64,000 nt of DNA, from assembly GCA_035535315.1 (NCBI GenBank), contig DATLQD010000133.1:6272-70271 (forward strand), in the 5' to 3' direction. The notes beneath the pieces are model-generated. The model was not told where the DNA came from. It searched no databases and worked only from the letters and a program-made list of their open reading frames with translations. Source of the DNA: Gaiellaceae bacterium (GTDB lineage Bacteria > Actinomycetota > Thermoleophilia > Gaiellales > Gaiellaceae). Positions 46,926 through 56,769 of the stretch are shown one piece after another (within the stretch, counting starts at the first letter, position 1; every line of letters begins with the position of its first letter). The position numbers and the translations under genes were made by a program.

Positions 46926-49900
46926 ATGGCGCCTGAGCCTGTCTTCACGCCCCTTCCCGCTGTCCCTGATCACCCCGCCCTAGAGCGGGAGCTCCTTGCC
47001 TGGTGGGACGACGCGGACATCTTCCAGAAGCTCAGGGCGCAAAATGCGGGCAGCCCCACCTGGAGCTTCATCGACGGCCCCGTCACAGCCAACGGCCCGA
47101 TGGGCGTCCACCATGCGTGGGGCCGAACCCTCAAGGACGTCTTTCAGCGTTACAAGGCGCTGAACGGATTCGATCAGCGCTACCAGAACGGCTTCGACTG
47201 TCAGGGGCTCTGGGTCGAGGTCGAAGTCGAGAAGGCCCTCGGCCTGAACTCGAAGCGTGAGATCGAGGAATACGGCCTTGCCGAGTTCTCCCGTCGTTGT
47301 CGCGAGCGGGTCGCCGAGTTCTCGGCGGTGCAGACCAGTCAGTCGATCAGGCTCGGCCAATGGATGGACTGGGACAACGACTACTACACCTTCTCGGACA
47401 CGAACATCAGCTACATCTGGGGTTTTCTGAAGGACGTCTACGAGCGCGGCTGGCTCTACCAGGGCCACCGTTCGATGGTCTGGTGCCCCCGCTGCGGTAC
47501 GTCCCTTTCCCAGCATGAGCTGATCGACTCGTATCGCGACATCACCCACCCGTCGCTCTACGTTCGGTTTCCGCTCAAGGATCGCGAGGACGAGGCGCTC
47601 GTCGTCTGGACGACCACACCCTGGACCCTTCCGGCGAACGTCGCCGCAGCGGTGCACCCCGACGCGCGCTACGCGAGGGTCGAGACCTCGGCCGGGATCG
47701 AGATCGTCGCCGAGGAGCTCGTTGAAGCGGTCCCGCTGGCCGGCGAGGTTCGCGACACGGTGGTCGGGTCCGAGCTCGTCGGGCTCGAGTACGAGGGACC
47801 GTTTGACGACCTCGAGCCCCAGCAGGGAATCGTCCACCGGGTGATTCCGTGGGAGGAGGTCTCCCTGGAGGAGGGGACGGGAATCGTCCACATCGCGCCG
47901 GGCGCCGGAACAGAGGACTTCGAGCTCGCGCGGATTCACGACCTGTCGGTGCTTGCTCCGCTCGACGAGTCTGGGCGGTTCTACCCCGAGTACGGCTGGC
48001 TGCACGGGCGCTCCACGGACGAAACCGTCGGCCAGATCATCGGCGACCTAGGCGAGCGCGGCCGGCTGCTGGATGCGGGCGAGATCACCCACCGCTACCC
48101 CGTTTGCTGGCGCTGCTCTACGCCACTCGTCTTCCGGATCGTCGACGAATGGTTCATCTCCGCGGACGAGATCCGGCCCAAGATGATGGCCGCGAATGCT
48201 TCCGTTCGCTGGACGCCCGAGTTCTACTCGAGGCGGATGGACGACTGGCTTCGCAACATGGGCGATTGGTGCATCTCGCGAAAGCGGTACTTCGGGCTGC
48301 CGCTTCCCTTCTACCGCTGCGAGGAATGCGATATCCTGAACGTCATCGGCTCCGAGCAGGAGCTGCGGCAGCGCGCTGTGAGCGGAGTGGAGCAGCTCGA
48401 GGAGCTGCACCGGCCCTGGGTGGACGAAGTGACGATTGCTTGCGAAGGGTGCGGCGCAGAGCTTCGGCGGCTCCCGGAGGTCGGGGACGCTTGGCTCGAC
48501 GCCGGCATCGTCCCGTTCTCGACACTCGGTTGGCAGAACCCGGAGTACATCGAAGGCGGGTACGCCACGGGCGCGGCCCGCGGACTAACCGGGGCCGACC
48601 TTCCAGACCACGCGTATTGGGAGAAGTGGTTCCCGGCAGACTGGGTCTCCGAGTCCAGAGAGCAGATCCGGCTCTGGTTCTATTCGCAGCTCTTCATGTC
48701 GGTCGCGCTAGTGGGCGAGGCGCCGTACCGACAGGTTCTTGCGTACGAGCGGGTCACCGATGAGACGGGTCGTGCCATGCACAAGTCCTGGGGGAACGCC
48801 ATCGAGCTGAACGAGGCGCTCGAGCGGATGGGCGCCGACGTGATGCGCTGGCTCTACTGCTCCCAGGTGCCGAGCCAGAACCTCAATTTCGGCTTTGGAC
48901 TAGCCAGGGAAGTGAAGCGCGAGCTCCTGACCTTCTGGAACTCGGTCAGCTTCCTGATCCTCTACGCGAACGTCGAGAGGTGGCGTCCCGAGGCCCAGCT
49001 CATCGAGTCCGGGCCGGCCAGGGACGATTTGGCTCAGCTCGATCGGTGGCTTCTCGCCCGCGTCCAGAAGCTGGTCGCCGAGGCGAACGAGGGCTTCGAG
49101 CGCTTCTGGACGCCGGCCATCACGAAGGCGTTCACGTCCTTCATGGGTGACCTCTCCGACTGGTACGTCCGGCGTAGTCGTCCGCGTTTCTGGCGTGGCG
49201 AGGAGGCTGCCCTCGAAACCCTGTGGTATGCGGTCGTGCAGGCGCTCCGCACGATCGCTCCGCTCATGCCGTTTCTGTCCGACCACCTCTGGCGAAATCT
49301 CGTCGCGGGCCCCTGCGACGACGCCCCCGAGAGCATCTTTCTCGCCGGCTGGCCCGAGGTCGCTCGAGACTTCGAAGACGAGGAGCTTCTCGTCGAGGTC
49401 GAGGAGGTTCGGCGGATCGTCGGCCTCGGCCATTCCGCCCGTCAGCAAGCGGGCCGGAAGGTGCGCCAGCCGCTCCGCCGGATGGTCGTCGAGGGGGCGA
49501 GCGCGTCCTCGCCTCATTCCGAGGAGATCAAGGCCGAGCTCCGTGTGAAGGAGCTCGAGTTCGGACCGGTAGAAGGCACGTATCTGCGTGTGAAGCCCAA
49601 CCTCCCGGTCCTCGGGCCCCGGCTCGGGAAGGAGCTCGCGACGATCCGCGCGGAGCTTCAGGAAGGGCGGTTCGAAGACCTCGGAGGAGGACGATTTCTC
49701 GTTGCGGGTCACGAGCTCGGGCCGGACGATGTCTTCGTGGAGAGGCTGGCACCGGACGGCTGGGCGTTTGCCTCGGAGGACGGCCTCGCGGTTGCGCTCG
49801 ATACGCGCCTCGATCCGGAGCTCGAGCTCGAGGGACGCGTGCTCGACCTCATCCACGCGATCCAGCTGATGCGAAAAGAGGCGGGGCTCGACGTGACCGA

Positions 49901-50024
49901 CAGGATCGTCTTGACCCTTCCAGGGAATGGGGACGATGTGCTCCAGCATGCCGACTGGATCAAGCAGGAGACCCTCGCCACCCGGATCGAGCAGGGCGAG
50001 GAACTCGGAATCTCCAAGGCCTAG
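46926..50024 (+). CDS. ileS: Isoleucine--tRNA ligase (type 2-like, long C-terminus)
   Basis: Class I HIGH-type motif (GPMGVHHAWGRTLKD), a CP1 editing domain, and a KMSKS-equivalent AMHKSWGNAI; 1032 aa. Confidence 0.95.
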   Translation: MAPEPVFTPLPAVPDHPALERELLAWWDDADIFQKLRAQNAGSPTWSFIDGPVTANGPMGVHHAWGRTLKDVFQRYKALNGFDQRYQNGFDCQGLWVEVEVEKALGLNSKREIEEYGLAEFSRRCRERVAEFSAVQTSQSIRLGQWMDWDNDYYTFSDTNISYIWGFLKDVYERGWLYQGHRSMVWCPRCGTSLSQHELIDSYRDITHPSLYVRFPLKDREDEALVVWTTTPWTLPANVAAAVHPDARYARVETSAGIEIVAEELVEAVPLAGEVRDTVVGSELVGLEYEGPFDDLEPQQGIVHRVIPWEEVSLEEGTGIVHIAPGAGTEDFELARIHDLSVLAPLDESGRFYPEYGWLHGRSTDETVGQIIGDLGERGRLLDAGEITHRYPVCWRCSTPLVFRIVDEWFISADEIRPKMMAANASVRWTPEFYSRRMDDWLRNMGDWCISRKRYFGLPLPFYRCEECDILNVIGSEQELRQRAVSGVEQLEELHRPWVDEVTIACEGCGAELRRLPEVGDAWLDAGIVPFSTLGWQNPEYIEGGYATGAARGLTGADLPDHAYWEKWFPADWVSESREQIRLWFYSQLFMSVALVGEAPYRQVLAYERVTDETGRAMHKSWGNAIELNEALERMGADVMRWLYCSQVPSQNLNFGFGLAREVKRELLTFWNSVSFLILYANVERWRPEAQLIESGPARDDLAQLDRWLLARVQKLVAEANEGFERFWTPAITKAFTSFMGDLSDWYVRRSRPRFWRGEEAALETLWYAVVQALRTIAPLMPFLSDHLWRNLVAGPCDDAPESIFLAGWPEVARDFEDEELLVEVEEVRRIVGLGHSARQQAGRKVRQPLRRMVVEGASASSPHSEEIKAELRVKELEFGPVEGTYLRVKPNLPVLGPRLGKELATIRAELQEGRFEDLGGGRFLVAGHELGPDDVFVERLAPDGWAFASEDGLAVALDTRLDPELELEGRVLDLIHAIQLMRKEAGLDVTDRIVLTLPGNGDDVLQHADWIKQETLATRIEQGEELGISKA

Positions 50025-50971
50025 GCCTCCAAGGCCGCCGCTCTTGGACTGAGCTCGGCCGGGAGCTTGAAAGCGAGGTTCTCCTCTTCGCCGGCCAGTG
50101 TCTCGACTTCGACGTCGCCGCGTTCTCGAAACCAGGTGACGACGCGGCGGACAAGTGCTTCGGGCGCAGAGGCGCCGCACGTGATTCCGACGGTCTCGAC
50201 ACCGGAGAGCCAGTGCTCCTCGATCGCGGCCTCGTCTTCGATCAGATACGCGGCCACGGCTCCGCCACGGGCGACCTCGACCAGGCGGTTCGAGTTCGAG
50301 CTGTCTTCCGACCCGATCACGAGCAGAAGGTCGATCCGTTCGAGAATCCGCTTGACTGCACGCTGGCGGTTCGTCGTTGCGTAGCAGATGTCCTTGTGCT
50401 CCGGAGCTTCAATGCCGGGGAAGCGAGCCCGTAGGACGCCGACGATCGCCTCTGTCTCGTCGACAGACAGCGTCGTCTGCGTGATGTACGCGAGTGGCCG
50501 GCCGCAGGCCGGTTCGAGCCGATGAGCCTGGTCGACGTTCTCGACGAGGACGATTGCCTCCGGCGCCTCCCCGATCGTTCCCTCGACCTCCTCGTGGCCG
50601 GCATGGCCGATCAGGACGACGGTGTAGCCACGGGCAGCGAAGTGTCGTGCCTCCGCATGCACCTTCATGACCAGAGGGCACGTGGCGTCGATCGTTCTGA
50701 GGCCGAGCCTCCTGGCGTTCGCGCGGACGGCGGGGGAGACGCCGTGGGCGGAGAAGATGACCTCGGCTCCGGTCGGGACGTCCTCTTCGCTGTCGACGAA
50801 GATCGCGCCGCGCCCCTCGAGTTCACGAACGACATGCGTGTTGTGGACGATCCGCTTGCGAACGTAGACGGGGGCTCCCCGGAGGCGAAGCGCTTGCTCG
50901 ACCGTCTCGATCGCCCGATCGACCCCGGCGCAGTACCCGCGCGGAGTTGCAAGAAGAATCCGCTTGACCAC
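50021..50971 (-). CDS. ispH: 4-hydroxy-3-methylbut-2-enyl diphosphate reductase
   Basis: PRGYCAGVDRAIE, TCPLVMKVH, ICYATTNRQ contain the three Fe-S Cys contexts of IspH/LytB. Confidence 0.95.
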   Translation of the reverse strand: MVKRILLATPRGYCAGVDRAIETVEQALRLRGAPVYVRKRIVHNTHVVRELEGRGAIFVDSEEDVPTGAEVIFSAHGVSPAVRANARRLGLRTIDATCPLVMKVHAEARHFAARGYTVVLIGHAGHEEVEGTIGEAPEAIVLVENVDQAHRLEPACGRPLAYITQTTLSVDETEAIVGVLRARFPGIEAPEHKDICYATTNRQRAVKRILERIDLLLVIGSEDSSNSNRLVEVARGGAVAAYLIEDEAAIEEHWLSGVETVGITCGASAPEALVRRVVTWFRERGDVEVETLAGEEENLAFKLPAELSPRAAALEA

Positions 50972-51012
50972 CGGTGGCCACTGTAATCAGGGGCCTGTTC
51001 AGCTCGGGTTAA

Positions 51013-51053
51013 GGAAGGCCCGCCACTCGGGGGGGTTGTGCGGCGGGCCTTCC
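51013..51053. other. 12-bp perfect GC-rich inverted repeat in the divergent ispH / histidine-kinase intergenic region
   Basis: GGAAGGCCCGCC (51013..51024), a 17-nt loop, then GGCGGGCCTTCC (51042..51053). Confidence 0.5.
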
Positions 51054-51173
51054 AGAAATGCGCCGTGGCCCTTTATCGCCAGGACACCAGCCACGGTCGC
51101 ATCGCCCAGTAACGGCACCGTATCCAGCGGGCTTCTGGCTGCCAATAGGCCTATCGGCCCATCTTCGTAAGGC

Positions 51174-54100
51174 ATGCGACCCGGGCTTGTCGGGAGGGAA
51201 ATCGTAGACGGAGGTTCGTCGTCCTACCTATCATCAGGGTGCCCAGTGACGAACGAGACGACGACGTTGCTCCTCAATACGGTGCCGCTTCTTGTTGCCG
51301 CGGCGCTCTATCTCGCTCTGTCCGCGCTCCTGTTCCGCTCTTTGCTTGGAGCTGGCCGGCGGCCGACAACGACCGGTTTCGCGCTGTGGCTGCTCTTCAC
51401 GGTCGCCGGCGTGACGACTGCCATTCTCGGGGTGGCGAAGCTCGGCGACTCTGAGCCGCTCGCGTCCTCCAGTCCCTGGCCCGCATTTGCCTTGACTCTC
51501 CTGGCCCTGGTGCCCGCGATCCTCCTGCTGGCCAGGCGCGACCGCAAGCTGCTCGTCGATCCGGCGGGGCGGGTACGGGAGGCTGAAGAGGTTGCAAGCG
51601 AGCGGGAGCGCGAGGCGGGGGCGATGTCGCGCCTCTCGAGCGCACTTTCGCGCTCGCTGAGTGCAAGAGACGCATCCGAGAACCTGTTCGACGAGCTGGA
51701 GCAATCGCTCGGGATCGAAGCGGCGCTGCTCGCGGTCGTGGACGACACAGAGCGCCGTGCGACGGGGTTTGCGGCCAGGGGCGCCGATGAGGATTGGTGG
51801 AAAGGGATCGAGATCGATCTCGTCGAGGATCCCGGTGGGATCGCGGCCGTTGCGCGTGAGCGGGCCGCGTTTGCCGTGTACGACGTCGAGGCCGCGCCGC
51901 ACGTGAGCCGTGCTCTCGACACGGTGCCGGCGAAGAGCGCTGCCTTCCTGCCGCTGGTGTCCGAGGGCAGGCTCACCGGCGTTCTCGTCGTGGCCGTCTT
52001 CTCGGAGCGCCGTTTCTTCTCGGCGGGCGAGCTCGAGCTCTTCCAGCGGCTCGCGAACGAGACGGCGCTGGCCCTCGGCCACAGCCGGTCCTCCGAGGCG
52101 CTCGAGGCCGCGCTCGAGCGCGAGCGCCTTGTTGCCGCGATCTCGCGCAAGGTCCGATCCGAGCTCAACCTCGACGACGTGCTGGCAGTCGCAGTGAGAG
52201 AAACCGCGCGGGCGCTCAAGGTCTCACGGTGCTTCATTAGCTTCGCCGAGCCGGGCGGAGCAATGCAGATCCACTCCGAATGGACGGCCCCCGGTCACGA
52301 TCCCGTCGGGGGTGCGGCGCCGCGCCTGCCGGCGTCCAACCTCGCGGCGCGAGAACGGCGCACGGTCTCGATTGGCGACGTCGAGTCGTCGCCCGAGCTT
52401 GACGACCCCGGCCTTGGCGGCCGGGAGACACTGGCCGAGCTCGGAGCAAAGGCCGTCCTCGCAACGCCAATTCTCGTCTTCGACGACGTGATCGGCGTCT
52501 TCGCACTCCACCGCTCCGAGGTCGGCCGCTGGACCGAGGGCGAGGTCGCGCTTGCCGAATCCGTTGCCGGGGAGGCCGGGCTCGCGATCCACTCGGCCCG
52601 CCTGCTCAGAGAGGAAGGACAGCGGGTCGACCGCCAGAGCGCGCTTCTGAAAGCGGCGCAAGTGGTGACGAGCGATCTTCGCTTCACGTCGGTGGTGAAG
52701 CGCCTAGTGGAGGAGGTCGCCGAGCTGCTAGGGGCCGATGCAGCCGATTGCTGGATTCTCGAGCCCCACCGCGACTCCCTCCGCTGTCGGGCCGTCTTCG
52801 GGCTGCCGGAGGCGGCCGTTGGCCGAAGGATCGCGGCGGCCGGGACACACGCGGCGGCGATCCAGGGTGGAAAACCCGTGCTGAAGCGCAACTTCCGCGA
52901 GACCGAGGATCCTCCGCCCAGCACCTACTACGCGCAGTTCGAGGACGTCATGGTCGCTCCCATCACGTGGCTCGGCGAGGTGCGGGGCCTGCTGGGTGTC
53001 TGCTCCGCGGAGGCCGGGAGTTTCGGAGAGACGGATCTCGAGCTCCTCGATGCCTATGCCCGCTTCGCTTCGCTCGCCTTCCACAATGCGGAGAGCTTCG
53101 AGGATCGTGAGCGGCAGGCACAGATCCAGCAGGGCTTCTACCGGATCGCCGAGGCGCTGGGGTCGCCCCTCTCGCTCCACGAGACGGTCACCGCGCTGGC
53201 CCAGGCGGCTACAGAAGCTCTGGGCGGCATCGCGGCATTCGTCCTGCGGCCTGCGGGCGACAAGCTCGTCCTGATGGGCTCTTATGACGTCCACGACGAG
53301 GTCGAGGCAGCGCTTCGCGACGGCATCAAGGATGACGAAGCCCCGCTCGCTGCGGCCACCCGGGAAGGGCGGCTCGTCACCGCGAGCAGCCTCACCGAGG
53401 ACGAGCGCTTCGATAGCCGGTGGAGGGAGCTTCTGGCGGCCAACAACGCTTGTGCGCTCCTCGCAGCCTCGGTGGAGGGCACGAGCGGCGAGCCGGGCTC
53501 CGTGGTCGTCCTCTTCGGAGAGGAGCGGGCTTTCACGGACGATGACCTCGCCCTGGCGCGGCACCTCAGCCGCGCGGCCCGAGGAGCCCTGGAGCGTAGC
53601 GAGCTGTTCGAGACCGAGCGTCATGGGCGCAGGCTCTCGCAGCGACTTGCAGCGATTGGCGCCCGCGTCGTCACAGTGCTCGATCCTTCGGTCGTCCTCG
53701 AGGAGATCGTGCGCGAGGCGCCCGTCCTCCTCGATGCGGACGCGGCAACCGTCAGGCTTCTCGCCGGCGAAGAGCTCGTCATCCGGGCGGCCTTCGGTGT
53801 GGAAGGGGACACGGCGCACGATCTGGTCGGAACGCGCGCGGCCGTCGGGACCGGCCTCCTTGGCGATGCCGTCCAGTCGCGCTCCCCCGCGACCCTCGAC
53901 GACGTGGGCGCGCGGCCGGATCTCGGACAGGAAGACCCCCTCCTCGCGCGTGGGATGACGGGGTGCATCGCGGTGCCGATGATCGCCCATGGGGGCGGCC
54001 TCCACGGCGTGCTCTCCGTGTACACGGAGAGGCCAAGAGCGTGGCGCGAGGAGGAGGCGCAGGCGCTCTCCGCGCTCGCCGCCGTCGCGTCCGCCGGTCT

Positions 54101-55199
54101 TTCGAACGCCGAGCTCTACCAGCGCGTCGCAGAGGAAAAGGAGCGTTCGAACGCTATCCTCCTCAACATCGCCGACGGAATTGTGGCCGTCGATCGCGAA
54201 GAGCGAGTCGTCCTCTGGAACGCTATGGCCGAGCGGATTACCGGCGTCCCCGCGGCTGAAGCTCTCGGCAGGCGGATCGTCGAGGTCATCCAACGCGACC
54301 TCGCTGGGGCAGGGCGCGGGCAAGGGAGGGAAGAGCCGGTCACGATCAGCAGGGGAGGCAAGGACGTCTTCCTCTCGCTGACAGAGGCCGTGATGCTCGA
54401 CCCAAGCGGGGATGTCGGGGGCCGCATCTTCGCTTTCCGGGACGTCTCGGGGGAGCGCGTAGTCGACCAGATGAAGTCGGACTTCGTCGCGACCGTGTCT
54501 CATGAGCTCCGGACCCCGCTCACCTCGATCTACGGGTTTGCCGAGACGCTTCTCAGGAGTGATGTTGCATTCGGGGACGAGGAGCGCGCGACATTCCTCG
54601 GCTACATCGCCTCGGAGTCGGAGCGCCTGATCGGAATCGTCGACGACCTGCTGAGCGTCGCGCGGCTCGAGGCCGGCACCCTGCGGTTGGATCTGGCGCC
54701 TGTCGACGTGGCCGAGGTTCTGGAGTCGGTGGGCGGACGCGCCCAGGGCTACATCGACGGCTCTCACCGGCTGGAGATCGATGCTGCCGAAAGCGGTCTC
54801 TACGCAGAGGCAGACGGGGAGAAGCTCGCCCAGATCCTCCTGCACCTGGTCGACAACGCCATCAAGTACTCGCCCGAAGGAGGCACGATCTCGCTTGCTG
54901 GCCGCAGGAAGACGGATGCCATCGAGGTCAGGGTCAGCGACGAGGGCATCGGCATCCCCATCGACGACCAGAGCCGGATCTTCACGAAGTTCTATCGGGC
55001 GGGCACAGCTCCGCTGACCGGTGCCCACGGCACAGGGCTCGGCCTCTTCCTCGTGCGCGGGCTTCTGGCGGCGATGGACGGGCGCATCGCCGTCGAGTCA
55101 GTCGAGGGCGAGGGGTCGACGTTCGTCTTCGAGCTCCCTGTCTCGAAGAGCGCGCTACAGGGTAGAGAAGCCCAAGTGGAACCGGCGGGACGCTCATGA
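51174..55199 (+). CDS. Membrane-anchored multi-GAF / PAS sensor histidine kinase
   Basis: 3-4 N-terminal TM segments, about five successive GAF-like modules, one PAS (NIADGIVAVDREERVVLWNAMAERITG), HisKA (SHELRTPLTSI) and HATPase_c (N, G1 DEGIGIP, G2 GTGLGL). Start is ATG 51174 or GTG 51246. Confidence 0.85.
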   Translation: MRPGLVGREIVDGGSSSYLSSGCPVTNETTTLLLNTVPLLVAAALYLALSALLFRSLLGAGRRPTTTGFALWLLFTVAGVTTAILGVAKLGDSEPLASSSPWPAFALTLLALVPAILLLARRDRKLLVDPAGRVREAEEVASEREREAGAMSRLSSALSRSLSARDASENLFDELEQSLGIEAALLAVVDDTERRATGFAARGADEDWWKGIEIDLVEDPGGIAAVARERAAFAVYDVEAAPHVSRALDTVPAKSAAFLPLVSEGRLTGVLVVAVFSERRFFSAGELELFQRLANETALALGHSRSSEALEAALERERLVAAISRKVRSELNLDDVLAVAVRETARALKVSRCFISFAEPGGAMQIHSEWTAPGHDPVGGAAPRLPASNLAARERRTVSIGDVESSPELDDPGLGGRETLAELGAKAVLATPILVFDDVIGVFALHRSEVGRWTEGEVALAESVAGEAGLAIHSARLLREEGQRVDRQSALLKAAQVVTSDLRFTSVVKRLVEEVAELLGADAADCWILEPHRDSLRCRAVFGLPEAAVGRRIAAAGTHAAAIQGGKPVLKRNFRETEDPPPSTYYAQFEDVMVAPITWLGEVRGLLGVCSAEAGSFGETDLELLDAYARFASLAFHNAESFEDRERQAQIQQGFYRIAEALGSPLSLHETVTALAQAATEALGGIAAFVLRPAGDKLVLMGSYDVHDEVEAALRDGIKDDEAPLAAATREGRLVTASSLTEDERFDSRWRELLAANNACALLAASVEGTSGEPGSVVVLFGEERAFTDDDLALARHLSRAARGALERSELFETERHGRRLSQRLAAIGARVVTVLDPSVVLEEIVREAPVLLDADAATVRLLAGEELVIRAAFGVEGDTAHDLVGTRAAVGTGLLGDAVQSRSPATLDDVGARPDLGQEDPLLARGMTGCIAVPMIAHGGGLHGVLSVYTERPRAWREEEAQALSALAAVASAGLSNAELYQRVAEEKERSNAILLNIADGIVAVDREERVVLWNAMAERITGVPAAEALGRRIVEVIQRDLAGAGRGQGREEPVTISRGGKDVFLSLTEAVMLDPSGDVGGRIFAFRDVSGERVVDQMKSDFVATVSHELRTPLTSIYGFAETLLRSDVAFGDEERATFLGYIASESERLIGIVDDLLSVARLEAGTLRLDLAPVDVAEVLESVGGRAQGYIDGSHRLEIDAAESGLYAEADGEKLAQILLHLVDNAIKYSPEGGTISLAGRRKTDAIEVRVSDEGIGIPIDDQSRIFTKFYRAGTAPLTGAHGTGLGLFLVRGLLAAMDGRIAVESVEGEGSTFVFELPVSKSALQGREAQVEPAGRS

Positions 55200-55630
55200 C
55201 GAAGGTTCTGATCATCGACGACGAGGCGCCGATTCGCCTGCTGTGCAGGGTGAATCTCGAGGCGGAAGGCATGGAAGTGGTCGAGGCACCCGATGGTCCG
55301 ACCGGGCTGGTAGTCGTCGAGAGCGAGCGGCCGGATGCCATCCTCCTCGATGTGATGATGCCGGGCCTGGACGGGTGGTCGGTGGCCGAGCGGCTGCTCG
55401 AAATGGAGGACACGCGGGAGATCCCGATCGTCTTCCTGACCGCGCGGGCGGACCTCCGCGACCGCGCACGCGGCATGGATCTCGGCGGCCTCGACTACAT
55501 CACGAAGCCGTTCAATCCGGTCGATCTCGCCTCCCTCGTCGAGGAAGTGGTCTCAGCGGTCGCGCGCGGAGAGCGCGAGCAGCTTCGTGCCGACAAGATC
55601 GCAGAGCTCCGCGTCCTCTTCGAGGTCTAG
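55196..55630 (+). CDS. Single-domain response regulator (CheY-like receiver)
   Basis: VLIIDDE, phospho-acceptor context AILLDVMMPGLDG, LTA, KPF. ATGA overlap with the kinase gene. Confidence 0.9.
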   Translation: MTKVLIIDDEAPIRLLCRVNLEAEGMEVVEAPDGPTGLVVVESERPDAILLDVMMPGLDGWSVAERLLEMEDTREIPIVFLTARADLRDRARGMDLGGLDYITKPFNPVDLASLVEEVVSAVARGEREQLRADKIAELRVLFEV

Positions 55631-55637
55631 CTCGTCC

Positions 55638-56603
55638 TTAACGAGGGCCACTCTCGGCTTCTGCCCCGGTCGGCTCGACTTCGCGGGCCGTCTGGGCAAG
55701 GACGATGCCCCCGAGCACGAGGAGCGCGCCGCCGATCTGCTGTCCTGTGAGCTCCTCTCCGAGCCAGGCGTAGGCGACCGTGGCGGCGAGAACGGGCTCG
55801 AGCATTGCGACGATGACCGTGCGGGTCGGCGAGATGTGGTGGAGCGCGTTCACGATCAGGACGAAAGGCACGACGGTGCCTATGACGACGACATATGCGA
55901 GCAGGAGCCAAACGGGCGCCGAGAACTGGTCGAGACGGCCGAGGAGCGAGGCGCTCTCCCCGACGCTTGCGACGGGGAAGCTCCACCACGGTTGCACGAC
56001 CGCCCAGAAGATGCTCGCAAAGAGGAACCCGTAGGCAAGCAGCGAGGCCGCGTCGCGTCCGCCGCTGAGGCTCCGGTCGGCCATGACGATGTAGAGCGCA
56101 TAGGCGACCGCGGCCGCGAGGCACGCGAGGACGCCCGTCGTGCTGAGAGTCACTCCGCTCCAGAGGTCGACCACGAGCGAGAGCCCAGCCAGGCTGAGCG
56201 CGATCGCGGCCCAGAGCCGGCGCCGCACCGGCTCGTGGACGAAGAAGCGTGCGTACAGCGCCACGAGGACCGGCGCGACGTACTCGATCACGAGGGCGAT
56301 GCCGATGTTGAGCCGGCTCAGCGCCACGAAGTAGAAGAACTGGACAAGGGCGAGGCCGAAGATCCCGAAGACAACGAGGAAGGCGAGCTCCCGCCAATTA
56401 GTTCTCAGGGAGGCGGGACGGAGGATGGCGACCGCGACGAGGAGAATGACGGCGGAGCCGCTCGCCCTGACCTCGGAGAGGCGAAGCGCCGAGAGACCGG
56501 CCGAGTCGAGGACGATCTTCGAGACGGTCGCGTTGACTGACCAGAGCAGGACGGCTGTCCAGACGAGGACGTACCCGACAAGTGGGCGGCGAGTTCGGGT
56601 CAG
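55638..56603 (-). CDS. EamA/DMT-family transporter (10-TM type)
   Basis: The ORF track gives only 229 aa (start 56327). The same frame is open up to 56612 and encodes a typical first EamA repeat (GYVLVWTAVLLWSVNATVSKIVLDSAGLSALRLSEVRASGSAVILLVAVAIL...). No ATG/GTG/TTG occurs in that 95-codon stretch, so CTG 56603..56601 is proposed as the start. Confidence 0.75.
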   Translation of the reverse strand: MTRTRRPLVGYVLVWTAVLLWSVNATVSKIVLDSAGLSALRLSEVRASGSAVILLVAVAILRPASLRTNWRELAFLVVFGIFGLALVQFFYFVALSRLNIGIALVIEYVAPVLVALYARFFVHEPVRRRLWAAIALSLAGLSLVVDLWSGVTLSTTGVLACLAAAVAYALYIVMADRSLSGGRDAASLLAYGFLFASIFWAVVQPWWSFPVASVGESASLLGRLDQFSAPVWLLLAYVVVIGTVVPFVLIVNALHHISPTRTVIVAMLEPVLAATVAYAWLGEELTGQQIGGALLVLGGIVLAQTAREVEPTGAEAESGPR

Positions 56604-56660
56604 CTCGCGAGGCTAACCGAGGAACTGTCGAGTCGTGGCGCGGTCTACACTTCGCGCCAG

Positions 56661-56734
56661 CGGGACGTGGCGCAGCCTGGTAGCGCACCTGCTTTGGGAG
56701 CAGGGGGTCGCGAGTTCAAATCTCGCCGTCCCGA
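56661..56734 (+). tRNA. tRNA-Pro (anticodon UGG)
   Basis: Hand-folded cloverleaf: acceptor CGGGACG/CGTCCCG, D-stem GCGC/GCGC, anticodon stem CCTGC/GCAGG with loop TTTGGGA, 5-nt variable loop, T-arm GCGAG-TTCAAAT-CTCGC, discriminator A. CCA is not encoded. Confidence 0.9.
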
Positions 56735-56737
56735 TAG

Positions 56738-56763
56738 AAAAGGCCCTGGAAGCAGGGCCTTTT
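56738..56763. terminator. Bidirectional intrinsic terminator (A-tract / hairpin / T-tract) after tRNA-Pro and the convergent VOC gene
   Basis: AAAAGGCCCTG-GAAG-CAGGGCCTTTT. Confidence 0.6.
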
Positions 56764-56769
56764 CGTTCG

